From the IMG/VR virus record IMGVR_UViG_3300025617_000006: a stretch of DNA of 64,000 nt; one strand, 5' to 3'. Source of the DNA: a virus. This document shows, in pieces, positions 38,099 through 46,950 of the stretch; positions within the stretch are counted from its first letter, which is position 1; each line of letters opens with the position of its first letter. The notes under the pieces are model-generated. The model saw nothing but the letters and a program-made list of their open reading frames with translations, was not told the origin of the DNA and did not search any database. The position numbers and the translations under genes were made by a program.

Positions 38099-40158
38099 AC
38101 GTTTTTCTGAAAACGTTGATCAGGTCTTGGATTTTTTGCTGGTGTACTACCTGCACTTGCCGCTTTCTTACTAGTCATTGTTTTTGTTACAGCCGCTTGT
38201 TGTGCTTGTTTAGTTCCACCCTGAATACCAGGAGAAGTTAATTGACCTTTTACAAGTTTGGCAATATTTGCTTTTTGAATTTGTTTTGCAAGTTCTTCTA
38301 GGTCTGGACGTCCTAGTCCTTGTGTATCAGCACTTACTGATTTACCAGTAGCCATATCAACCCAACTAGCACCTAACCAAATATGATCTTGGTTATTTGC
38401 CTGTCTAACCAAACCAATATTTCTGCCATCTCTAGTTGCTTCAATATCTCCGTCTGCGGCTGGATTTTTAGGATCAACTAATCCTGCATCTTTTTTAATC
38501 CACTTGGCAATTTCGTCTTTAGTAGCACGTCTTTCGCCACTTGCTGATGTTTGTGTAGCACTATCTCCGGAACCGTCTGCTGTAGCATCTGCATCTTTAC
38601 CACCGCTTGTTGACGCTTGTGTTGCGTCTGTAGCACCATCTGCATTTTTAGCATCGCCAAGATCGATTTCTTGTTCTTGTCCAATTGCTTTAATATCTTC
38701 TGGGGACATGCCTGCATCTTGTAAAATAAATGCAATAGTTCCTGCATCTGTTGGCTCGCCCATTTCTTTCCATTTTTTGTTTAATTTGTTTGCAGTTACT
38801 TTGTTACCTAGATCTTTACCAACTTGTTTAACGCCTGCGGCTACTTTGCTTGCGGCTTTGCCTAAACCACGTTTCATTTTGGCGCCTAGCGTATTAGGAT
38901 TATCTAATGGTAGTTCGCCTTGTTCTGGATCTGCTTCTGCAATAAACTCGTTAAGCATATATCTATATGCAGTTTCGTAGTCAACTGATTCTGTATTTTT
39001 TGTTCCGCTACCACCTTGAAGATCTAATTCACCTTGTACTGGTTCACCACCTACTTTAACATCTTTAGCATCAATCTTTCCTGATACTGTACCTTGTGCT
39101 AATGCTGATATACCGCTATTGATTGCTGTCATATTTTGTAAGAATGCATCATTCTCAGCCGCAATCGCTTGAGCAATATCATTTGCAATTTTATTACTAT
39201 CAAGCCACCATTGTGCGTCAAATGTATCTACAAAATCGCTCATCTCAGAAAACGCATCTAGAGCCGCAGAATTACTTGTTGCTCCGCTTGCTGTTGCTTC
39301 TTTCATCGTGTTAAGAAGATCTGTAAATCTACCTACTTCGCTTTCTGGAATGACCATACTGCCGATTGTTTCTTTCATTGTAAACCCTGGTCCTGAAAAT
39401 GTTTCAGTAAAGTTTACATCAAATTGTACAAGTCCTGGTGCTTTTTCATATGGTACAGCATCGTATCTTAATCCTTCAAACCAATCTCCAATGCCATTTA
39501 ATGCCCAGCCTGCAATAGCACCATAGGCCGCTGTCTTAATTGACTTACCAACTGCACTTGAAAGTTTTTCGCCTTGTAGTAACTCTTTAGTTGAACGTAG
39601 AATTAAACCTGCGGCCGCACCTCCTACAGGCCCGCCTGCGAAAGCCGCAATAGCAGTTAAAATACCAACTGCTAAACTTGCCTTGCCTGGGTTCTCTTTT
39701 GCCCAGTCACTAACTTTTTGAATACCTTGTACAATTTTGCTATCACCGTTTTTAGCAGTAATGTCTTTCTTTAACTGTTCAAACTTAGCATCTGCATTTT
39801 TAACAGGACCTGCGTTTTGTGCCATCTTACCAAGTTCGTTAATTTTAGCATCAACTTTCTTTGCCATATCAACTGGAAGTTTAGCCGCTGCCGCTACACC
39901 TGAACCTACTTTGCCTGCAATAGTTTTATTGTCGCCGCTGTCCATAGCACGTTGCTCAGCACCTTTAAAAATATCTTGAATTTGATCAGGTGTTAGTGTT
40001 GCTTCTGCTAGTCTAGTATATTCTTCCAGCAAGGGCCATAATTCTTTTTCCCAGCGATTAAGATAAATTTTTTGTGTTTCAGTTAGTGTTTGATAAGAAC
40101 TTTCAGTTAGGATCTGTGCTGTTCTGTTGTTTGGTTTGTTAAGTTCATATAAATTCAT
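38095..40158 (-). CDS. Hypothetical, probable internal head/ejection protein
   Basis: 687 aa. N-terminal MNLYEL...ILTE...LTE motifs, a hydrophobic hairpin (ASLAVGILTAIAAFAGGPVGGAAAGLIL) and low-complexity A/K/D tracts. Confidence 0.5.
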   Translation of the reverse strand: MNLYELNKPNNRTAQILTESSYQTLTETQKIYLNRWEKELWPLLEEYTRLAEATLTPDQIQDIFKGAEQRAMDSGDNKTIAGKVGSGVAAAAKLPVDMAKKVDAKINELGKMAQNAGPVKNADAKFEQLKKDITAKNGDSKIVQGIQKVSDWAKENPGKASLAVGILTAIAAFAGGPVGGAAAGLILRSTKELLQGEKLSSAVGKSIKTAAYGAIAGWALNGIGDWFEGLRYDAVPYEKAPGLVQFDVNFTETFSGPGFTMKETIGSMVIPESEVGRFTDLLNTMKEATASGATSNSAALDAFSEMSDFVDTFDAQWWLDSNKIANDIAQAIAAENDAFLQNMTAINSGISALAQGTVSGKIDAKDVKVGGEPVQGELDLQGGSGTKNTESVDYETAYRYMLNEFIAEADPEQGELPLDNPNTLGAKMKRGLGKAASKVAAGVKQVGKDLGNKVTANKLNKKWKEMGEPTDAGTIAFILQDAGMSPEDIKAIGQEQEIDLGDAKNADGATDATQASTSGGKDADATADGSGDSATQTSASGERRATKDEIAKWIKKDAGLVDPKNPAADGDIEATRDGRNIGLVRQANNQDHIWLGASWVDMATGKSVSADTQGLGRPDLEELAKQIQKANIAKLVKGQLTSPGIQGGTKQAQQAAVTKTMTSKKAASAGSTPAKNPRPDQRFQKNV

Positions 40159-40802
40159 TATATCATGCTCGCTAATCGTTTTTTATCTGCACTATTAAGT
40201 AAATCTAATTGTGCTTGAATATTTGCAGGAATCGACTCTGCAGGACCTGCCGCACTTCCGTTACCTGTTGGTGGTGCTTCACCTTTGTTATCACCAGATA
40301 CTGGAGCAATTGGTTGTCCAGTTTTATCATCTTTGCCATCTTTGTTTGCATCAACTTGCGGAGTTGCACTTGCATCTTTTGCACCAGCAGTTGCGTCTTT
40401 TGTACTATCGTCAGCAGTTGCCGTGCCAGCCGCACCTTTAATTTTTTTAGAAGCCTGTACAACTTTTAATAGAATTGAATCAAGCATTTTTTTATTAATA
40501 ACACCTGACGGTGGAATAAGTCCGCCGTCTGTTGGATACTTTTTGCTTTTTAACCAATTAGATAAATCTGCAGGATCAATTGCACTCATGCTTTGCCCGC
40601 TTTGACCAATGTAATTTTGATATTCACTGCGTAATTTGTTTGCTTCATCACCGGTATCTATTTCCCCGGCCATGCCCATAGCAGTGTCCTTAGCACCAAC
40701 TTTTGCTAATGCTTTAGCACCGAATTTCTTTAAACCCTGCTTAATTGCACCCACAGGTGCTTCATCTACACGGGATTCAGCAATTAGTTCATGAATTTTC
40801 AT
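40158..40802 (-). CDS. Hypothetical, probable internal head protein
   Basis: N-terminus MKIHELIAESRVDEA with I/V-x-E sites; upstream TAAATA at 40830-40835. Confidence 0.5.
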   Translation of the reverse strand: MKIHELIAESRVDEAPVGAIKQGLKKFGAKALAKVGAKDTAMGMAGEIDTGDEANKLRSEYQNYIGQSGQSMSAIDPADLSNWLKSKKYPTDGGLIPPSGVINKKMLDSILLKVVQASKKIKGAAGTATADDSTKDATAGAKDASATPQVDANKDGKDDKTGQPIAPVSGDNKGEAPPTGNGSAAGPAESIPANIQAQLDLLNSADKKRLASMI

Positions 40803-40865
40803 CGTAATATCCTATTCGTTATCTACATGTATTTATTTCTTTGTAACATAATTAAATATTCAACG

Positions 40866-41054
40866 ATGAGATATACATATACCATAACTGATTCAAATAA
40901 CAACATTGTTGAAGATAACCTAAACAGTTATCAAGATGCAACTGATTATTTGTTATTAATGCAAAGTCAAGGAATACCTGCAAATACGTTTTTTATTGTT
41001 AAGATTGAGCATTATACAGTTACAGGATTAGGAAGAGATCCAGATTTACACTAA
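40866..41054 (+). CDS. Small hypothetical protein (62 aa, MRYTYTITD...GLGRDPDLH)
   Basis: Start reassigned from 40791 (which overlaps the opposite gene) to the ATG at 40866, 7 nt after TAAATA (40853-40858). Confidence 0.6.
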   Translation: MRYTYTITDSNNNIVEDNLNSYQDATDYLLLMQSQGIPANTFFIVKIEHYTVTGLGRDPDLH

Positions 41055-41140
41055 TATTCCATATCAGTTTGATGATCCATGTGACGATATCACCAGTCTG
41101 TGTGACTATTGGGAACAATGGATTGGATAACACTATTATG

Positions 41141-41232
41141 ATTTGTTACTGCGTAACAAATTGTTTTCGCTATCGCTCAAACAGTATATCTTAAGATTAA
41201 TTAAGATGAATATTATTAATTGCGAAGCAATT
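41141..41232. other. AT-rich cluster of short hairpins with GNA/GNNA loops
   Basis: ATTTGTTAC-GCA-GTAACAAAT (-, 41141-41161); TGTTTGAGC-GATA-GCGAAAACA (-, 41162-41183); ATCTTAA...TTAAGAT (41188-41207); AATTGC-GAA-GCAATT (+, 41218-41232). Confidence 0.6.
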
Positions 41233-41234
41233 TT

Positions 41235-41660
41235 AGCATCATGTAGATTGTTTCAGTCAGACGGAACCTGTTACGGTCCCATCTAATCTCAAAATTGTGC
41301 TTCATGTGAGTTCGCCACAGCCGAGACATTGGAAGTAGGTAATTGTTTATACACAAAGTACAATGGGCTCTGACCTTTCCCAACCTACGTCGACATCATT
41401 TACGCTACGCCGTATATTCTTAAAATATACGCTACACCGTAAACTACCTCTCGCTTCGTTCCTATTGCTAAAGAGTTTTTATGTACTGTGTTTGTGTTTT
41501 TCGACAGCCAACATGCTATCTCCGTCAACCTGTGAGCCCAATTTGTTTGATGGCTTCCTACCTCTGGGTAGTCGATCAACGTGTTACGTGTGTTCCGATC
41601 AAGGATACTTTTTCCACAGCGGTATTTCTAAACTGGCCCGCCAACCTTATGTGTTGGATT
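41235..41660 (-). ncRNA. Candidate large structured non-coding RNA (~420 nt), family not recognised
   Basis: Largest gap without a credible gene in the window. Many helices; G-U pairs are possible only on the minus strand; crossing long-range pairings (see findings). Confidence 0.55.
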
Positions 41661-42096
41661 GTTTTGCCTTGATGTGATGTTCTAGCAATGCCTGTCGTAA
41701 CTTGTCTGAGCCGCCAACTCTAACATTAATAATTCCGTTGTAATACTCGTCGCTCTCTAATACACGGCGGTCAAACTGTTCTCTTGCCTCTATGTAGGAC
41801 ATTTCGCCCCTACCTTTACATAGGTATAGTATTTCTCTTGTAAACTTGTCTTCGCCTAGTGCGGCAACATCTGCGTTTAGTCTATCACTGGAACCCCAGT
41901 AAGTTTTCCAATCGCTTTCTTTAGTGCCGCGTCTTTTGTTTTTCTTGCCTTTGAGTGGTGGCTTAGTTGTTTTAAACTTTGCTAGTTTTTTGCCTATGTA
42001 TTTTTGGCCTGTAGTGGTGTTGGTAATGAGATATACAAAACCTTCATACTCATCTGGTATTGTGTTTACTTTTTTGCCTTGATAAGTCCACTCCAT
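41647..42096 (-). CDS. GIY-YIG family endonuclease (stand-alone catalytic domain)
   Basis: GFVYLITN...KYIGKK, YWGSS, FTREIL, E in SYIEAREQ, YYNG. Basic insert KFKTTKPPLKGKKNKRRG. Confidence 0.8.
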   Translation of the reverse strand: MEWTYQGKKVNTIPDEYEGFVYLITNTTTGQKYIGKKLAKFKTTKPPLKGKKNKRRGTKESDWKTYWGSSDRLNADVAALGEDKFTREILYLCKGRGEMSYIEAREQFDRRVLESDEYYNGIINVRVGGSDKLRQALLEHHIKAKQSNT

Positions 42097-42114
42097 GTGT
42101 GTACTTAACGTAGT

Positions 42115-42318
42115 CTATTTTTTATCTGCCTCTTTCCTGGCATCATACGTAGATCTAATTTCGCTCATGCGTATTTTAGCCAGTGATCTTATTTCTCTAA
42201 GCCATTTTCGGCTTGACTCCATTGTTCGCTTACCTTTGTAGGTTTCAAACTTTTCGTTCTCTTTAAAATACTCAAGATACGCTTTGGTCAATTTATCATG
42301 TGTATCGTCTTCTATCAT
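42115..42318 (-). CDS. Small hypothetical protein
   Basis: 67 aa, helical and basic; ATGA overlap with the gp46 stop. Confidence 0.65.
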   Translation of the reverse strand: MIEDDTHDKLTKAYLEYFKENEKFETYKGKRTMESSRKWLREIRSLAKIRMSEIRSTYDARKEADKK

Positions 42319-44087
42319 TCTACAATATCAACGTCATTTGCATAACTTGTAAAGCCGTTTTCTTTTACAACTTTAAGTACATTTTGCACACGCCCAACAA
42401 GTTCGTCTTTGTGTGAAATTAAATAAATGTTTTTCTTGCGCTCTCTGCCCATCTTTTTAAGGATAGCAAGACTACTTTCTACACCTGCTGTGTCCATACC
42501 ACTGTCAATCAGTTCGTCAATAAACAACAAGTTGATATTTTGATACAGACTTTCCCAAACATCACGGAATGCAAAACTTAATCCTAAGATAAGTCTGTTG
42601 CGTTCGCCTCTCGACAGATTATCAAAGTCTAAGTCTTGTCCTAGTTGTGTAATTTCAACATTCAAATCATTTTGGAACACAACTTGATGTGGCAACCCAA
42701 TCTTGTCAAGGTAATATGTAAGTCTGTTGTTTAGGTATGCAAGATTTTGATCAATAATTTTCTTACGAATAAAACTATCTTTGTTTGTAAGAAGTTTGTA
42801 CAAGAAGTCTTGGTGATCTTTAAGAGCAGTAAGATCGTTAATTGTATCCCATGATACTTCTTGTATTGCAGTATTTTCAAGATCGGTAATTTGATCAACA
42901 TACGGATCGTTTTCTGTTTCTTTTGACTTCAATGCTTGCTTTAAATTTTCAACATTTCCGCGATGCTCGTATGCTTCTTTTGCAGTTTCATAAAATGTAT
43001 TAGGCTTTGCATCTAAGTCGCCTAATTCTGCAAGTTTTTCTTGAACTCGTTTATGCTTAGTATCAACTTCTAACAAATACGTCATTGTTTCGCCGTACTC
43101 GCCTTGGAGTTGCTTTTCAATTTCGTGTTTCTTTTCTTCATGCAACTCTTGGCCACAACTATGACATTTAGCATCAACTAAATTTTCTAAGTCTTTAGTG
43201 TATTTTGTTATCTGCCGATCAGTTTGAATCAATGCACTATCAAGTGTAGCACGTTCTTTTTCTAAATTTCTTTTTTGCTGATTGTTTTCTGTCCACGTAG
43301 AAAGTTTTTCATGTGCATCAAGTTCTGCATCGATGTCTAAATGTTCAAGTTCATCAATGCCACCTTGTAAGCGGTCGCAATCTTTTGCGTTTTGTTGCTT
43401 CCATGCACTAGATTTAACTTTAAGACTATCAATTGTTTCAGAAATCTTTTCATTACTGTTTTGTACTGCACTAATACGTGCAGTTTCTTCGGTAATTGCG
43501 TCTCGAACTGCTTTTTGTTTAATTTTAAGTTCTTCGGCTTTTTCAGTAAGTATGGTAATACCTAATAACTGTTCAATAATTGCACGTTGATCGTTGGTGC
43601 GCATACTTAAAAAAGGTTCGCTATATGTATTAAGTGCAACAACATGTTTAAACATGTCATGACTCATGTGCAAAATACTAGCAATTTCGTCTTGTGTTCG
43701 ACGACTGTCGCCTTGTGACTCGTCTGACTCAGTTTGTTCGTTATTGTCAACATAAAACTTTAACAAGTTAGGAGAGCGTCCTCGCTCAATTCGATATTGT
43801 TTTCCGTCTTTTTCAAACTCAAGAGTTACTAACATGCCTTTTGAGTTAGTTTTATTAATTAGGTTGTTTAGTTTGATATTAGTCAGTGCTTGCCCATACA
43901 ATGCATAACTTAGTGCATTGGCAATAGTAGTTTTACCAGTACCGTTACGTGATCCACTGTCGTCTCCGCCTTGGTCTAGGTTTTCGCCTAATACAAGTGT
44001 TAGTTGCCTATTGCTAAAGTCAACACCCTGTGTCTGGTTGCCCACACTCATAAAGTTTTTTACAGTTAAATCTTTTAGTAATATCAT
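42315..44087 (-). CDS. gp46: Recombination endonuclease ATPase subunit (gp46, Rad50/SbcC-like)
   Basis: KNFMSVGN, Walker A GTGKTT, zinc hook CHSCGQ, signature LSRGE, Walker B LLFIDE, ISHK. Confidence 0.95.
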   Translation of the reverse strand: MILLKDLTVKNFMSVGNQTQGVDFSNRQLTLVLGENLDQGGDDSGSRNGTGKTTIANALSYALYGQALTNIKLNNLINKTNSKGMLVTLEFEKDGKQYRIERGRSPNLLKFYVDNNEQTESDESQGDSRRTQDEIASILHMSHDMFKHVVALNTYSEPFLSMRTNDQRAIIEQLLGITILTEKAEELKIKQKAVRDAITEETARISAVQNSNEKISETIDSLKVKSSAWKQQNAKDCDRLQGGIDELEHLDIDAELDAHEKLSTWTENNQQKRNLEKERATLDSALIQTDRQITKYTKDLENLVDAKCHSCGQELHEEKKHEIEKQLQGEYGETMTYLLEVDTKHKRVQEKLAELGDLDAKPNTFYETAKEAYEHRGNVENLKQALKSKETENDPYVDQITDLENTAIQEVSWDTINDLTALKDHQDFLYKLLTNKDSFIRKKIIDQNLAYLNNRLTYYLDKIGLPHQVVFQNDLNVEITQLGQDLDFDNLSRGERNRLILGLSFAFRDVWESLYQNINLLFIDELIDSGMDTAGVESSLAILKKMGRERKKNIYLISHKDELVGRVQNVLKVVKENGFTSYANDVDIVE

Positions 44088-44088
44088 T

Positions 44089-45093
44089 TTATAACTCGTT
44101 GTAAATGTTCAGCAGTTTTTGCTTGTTATAGTTTTCACTGTCAATAGCCTCAATTTCTTGTGCTACAATTTGATCGATACTTTCAAACTTTGTGATATCG
44201 ATATCTGTATTAATTTCGTCATCTTGAGTACTCGGAATTAATGTAATTTCACGACAGTTGTATGCTTTAATAAATTCCTCTTTAATAAAACTTGCTTCTT
44301 CGTAACTAATCGGAATATCAAGTGCTACTCTCAAATACATGTTTGGCTTGATCAATTTGTCTTTTTCATCAATAAGTCTTGATAGTTTAACTGTTCGATA
44401 CTTAGGACAATTAGGCCAGTTAATATACTCTGGCTCTCCGCCGTGTTCAAGAATCATCATTCCTCTAGCATCGTCCCACGCATCTGCGTAGTTGTGCGGA
44501 AATGCATTACCGATATATGTAATGTTACCTAGTGTTTGTCTTTTGTGAAAGTGTCCACTAAACACATACTCTTGTTTTTTAAAATGCTCTGCCTGGAGTT
44601 CACCAGTTTCAGGCATCTTTACCATTGCATTCATATAAAAATTAGGCAACTCAAAGTGACCAAAAATATATTTGCTTGTAAGTTTAGGAATCTTTTTCCA
44701 TTCATCGCCTACCAACCACGGAACAAGTGTACTATCTCCGATAGTAGTCATTTTGTTAATAACAGTTATACCGTCGATGTGATTTGCAAATTCTACAGAG
44801 TGGATATCGCGCTTGTCTTTGTAGTACAAATCGTGATTACCTGGAAAATAATAAAACTGATCAAACGCTTTTCCTAGTTTTTCTAGACTGCGGATAGAAT
44901 GATCCATTGTAATAATATTTAGACTGTTACGATTATGGTGCCAATCGCCCATAAAAATGCCTGTTTCGCATCCTTGCTCTTTGGCCTTAGCAATATACCA
45001 ATCAACAAAATCTTCACAATCTTCGTTGTGAAGGCGTGAGTTAGACTTTAGACCAAAATGTATGTCTGTAAATACAGCGGCTTTTTTAAACAA
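44089..45093 (-). CDS. gp47: Recombination endonuclease nuclease subunit (gp47, Mre11/SbcD-like)
   Basis: Metallophosphoesterase motifs DIHFG, GDWHH, GNHD, GHFE, SGHFH; TTG start with GAGG RBS. Confidence 0.95.
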   Translation of the reverse strand: MFKKAAVFTDIHFGLKSNSRLHNEDCEDFVDWYIAKAKEQGCETGIFMGDWHHNRNSLNIITMDHSIRSLEKLGKAFDQFYYFPGNHDLYYKDKRDIHSVEFANHIDGITVINKMTTIGDSTLVPWLVGDEWKKIPKLTSKYIFGHFELPNFYMNAMVKMPETGELQAEHFKKQEYVFSGHFHKRQTLGNITYIGNAFPHNYADAWDDARGMMILEHGGEPEYINWPNCPKYRTVKLSRLIDEKDKLIKPNMYLRVALDIPISYEEASFIKEEFIKAYNCREITLIPSTQDDEINTDIDITKFESIDQIVAQEIEAIDSENYNKQKLLNIYNEL

Positions 45094-45118
45094 AGTAGTA
45101 TTCCTCTAGTTTATATTA

Positions 45119-45147
45119 ATAGTACAGCATTGTAGTGTAAAAGTCAA
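45119..45147 (-). promoter_or_regulatory. Sigma70-type promoter for gp47-gp46
   Basis: TTGACT-17 nt-TACTAT. Confidence 0.7.
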
Positions 45148-45150
45148 CCG

Positions 45151-45990
45151 TTATTTGCTTTGTTCTTCTTTGAGTGCTTTTTGTGCCTGTTCCGCTTGCC
45201 GTTCAAACTCTCCTTGCATCTGTCTAGTATATGAAGGTGTCATATCATTCATTTCTAAGATGTCATCTCGAATATTTTGATTGCGTTTTTCAATGTTAAT
45301 AACACGAACAAAACTGTTTGTTACAGCCGCAGTATAATAAGCAAATGGATTTTGTGATTTTGACTCGTCAAATTGTAGTCCAATCTGTGCAAGTTGCAGG
45401 ATTGCTTGACCGCGCATTTCGTCATTGTAAGTGTAACCACGTACATTGCCTCTTGTTGCGTATCGGTCACATAACTTCATCCACATTCTTGCAAGTTTTT
45501 CGGTTGCCTTACCACCCGACAGTGTAAAGTTACCATTAGACATTCCGCCCTCCCAATGACTTTTACCTACACATTGTAACTCTCCGTTATCGTCAAACTT
45601 AAAATGCTGATATGGAGGAAAGTTTAATTTTACTTTTGTGTCTGCTATAGTCTTTGGATTCTTTTTGCGTCCTTTTTCTTCCGGAATATGGTCAAACGTC
45701 ATGACTCGAAAGATTAGTTCTTCTTTTGTAATTTTTTTATAGTCAACTTCACACTCGGCTTGCTTAACTTTTTCACCAGCCATTTTTCGTGATTGGTATT
45801 CAGCATCACCAAGGCGTTTTGCTTTATTACGTTTTGCTTCTGCAATTGTTCTAATGTTAATTTTATCAACACTAGGCAAAATTATGTCAAATTGTGCATA
45901 ATCACTGTCAGTAAAACTTGAAAATGATGACTTTGACTTGTGAATTTCCTTCAACAAGTCCTTATTGTTTAAATAGTTTACTTTTCTCAA
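45151..45990 (-). CDS. gp55: Late-transcription sigma factor (gp55-like)
   Basis: NYLNNKDLL, NVRGYTYNDEM, FDESKSQNPFAYYT...NSF...IEKR; TTG start. Confidence 0.88.
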   Translation of the reverse strand: MRKVNYLNNKDLLKEIHKSKSSFSSFTDSDYAQFDIILPSVDKINIRTIAEAKRNKAKRLGDAEYQSRKMAGEKVKQAECEVDYKKITKEELIFRVMTFDHIPEEKGRKKNPKTIADTKVKLNFPPYQHFKFDDNGELQCVGKSHWEGGMSNGNFTLSGGKATEKLARMWMKLCDRYATRGNVRGYTYNDEMRGQAILQLAQIGLQFDESKSQNPFAYYTAAVTNSFVRVINIEKRNQNIRDDILEMNDMTPSYTRQMQGEFERQAEQAQKALKEEQSK

Positions 45991-46035
45991 TTTATTTCTC
46001 CGGATTTACTAGAGAAATCTCTAGTATTAAGTCTT

Positions 46036-46064
46036 ATTATAATATACTCTGATAATTTTGTCAA
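46036..46064 (-). promoter_or_regulatory. Perfect sigma70 consensus promoter for gp55
   Basis: TTGACA (46064-46059)-17 nt-TATAAT (46041-46036). Confidence 0.85.
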
Positions 46065-46070
46065 TAAATA
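46065..46070 (+). promoter_or_regulatory. Late promoter TAAATA for the baseplate operon
   Basis: AATAAATACA, upstream of the GAGG RBS of 46093. Confidence 0.7.
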
Positions 46071-46092
46071 CATGTAACGAGGATTACCAATT

Positions 46093-46950
46093 ATGACACC
46101 ATTTGACGAATTTAAGATACCAGAAGCAGGTACAATTATTAACGGCGCTTCCCGTTTAATAAACGAAGGAATTGCTGATTTTAAAGCAGGGGCTAAAGGC
46201 TTTATGAAGTCAATTAGGTCCAGGCTTATTCCTGGAGACGGTGAACCGGCTAGTGCGGCATTAGCAGAAGCAAGTTGGGCTTCAGGGCCTGCCGACAAAG
46301 ATTGGCGAGTTAAATTAAGTATTCCAAATATTGATTCTTTCAACAATAGTGTCCTAATTGGCCAATTACAAAAAACTGGCGGTTTGTGTTTTCCTTATAC
46401 TCCGACTATTATTATGAGTCATCAAGCATCGTATAATGCGTTACAACCTGTACATAGTAATTATCCTTTCTTTGCTTACGAAAACTCCAGTGTGGATGCA
46501 ATGACATTAACTGGACAATTTTATGCACAAAACTCACTAGAAGGAGCATACTGGTTAGGAACACTACATTACCTAAGAAGTATTACAAAAATGTTTTACG
46601 GTAGAGGTTCTAATCAAGGTGCACCACCTCCTGTTGTAAAACTTAACGGATATGGTGATTATGTTTTTAAAAACGTACCTGTTATTATTACTAACTTTAC
46701 AATTGACATGCCAACTGATGTAGACTACATTGCTGTTAATCTAGCAACGTTAGAAGATAATTTAAAACGCCTTCCAACAGAAACAAAAACACAACCGCAA
46801 GAACAAGGCCAAATTGCTTATGTTCCGGTAGAGAGTCAAGTGACGATTACACTTCAACCAATCTATAGTAGATCCGAAGTTGAAAAATTTAGTTTAGACG
46901 GATTTGTTAAAGGCCAATATGTTGGACCAAATGGAAAAGGATTTATCTAA
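46093..46950 (+). CDS. Tail tube initiator/baseplate-tube junction-like protein (gp48/gp54 position)
   Basis: FPYTPTI...HSNYPF...GAPPPVVKLNGYG..VF.NVPVIITNFTIDMP is a tube-fold pattern; first gene of the baseplate operon. Confidence 0.55.
   Translation: MTPFDEFKIPEAGTIINGASRLINEGIADFKAGAKGFMKSIRSRLIPGDGEPASAALAEASWASGPADKDWRVKLSIPNIDSFNNSVLIGQLQKTGGLCFPYTPTIIMSHQASYNALQPVHSNYPFFAYENSSVDAMTLTGQFYAQNSLEGAYWLGTLHYLRSITKMFYGRGSNQGAPPPVVKLNGYGDYVFKNVPVIITNFTIDMPTDVDYIAVNLATLEDNLKRLPTETKTQPQEQGQIAYVPVESQVTITLQPIYSRSEVEKFSLDGFVKGQYVGPNGKGFI

Noticed and set aside
41032-41130. Short open frame reading EEIQIYTNIPYQFDDPCDDITSLCDYWEQWIG*, overlapping the end of the 62-aa gene
   Set aside because: Looks peptide-like but has no in-frame ATG/GTG/TTG or RBS after the preceding TAG. 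It would need a frameshift or non-canonical start that I cannot support.
41363-41677. ORF-track entries 41363..41677 (+) and 41481..41672 (+)
   Set aside because: No RBS or late promoter, atypical composition, and overlap with the nuclease 3' end; the region is better explained as a minus-strand structured element.
41235-42096. Group I/II intron or homing-endonuclease mobile element
   Set aside because: No interrupted host gene, no recognisable group I P7 or group II domain V motifs, and the nuclease lacks a C-terminal DNA-binding domain.
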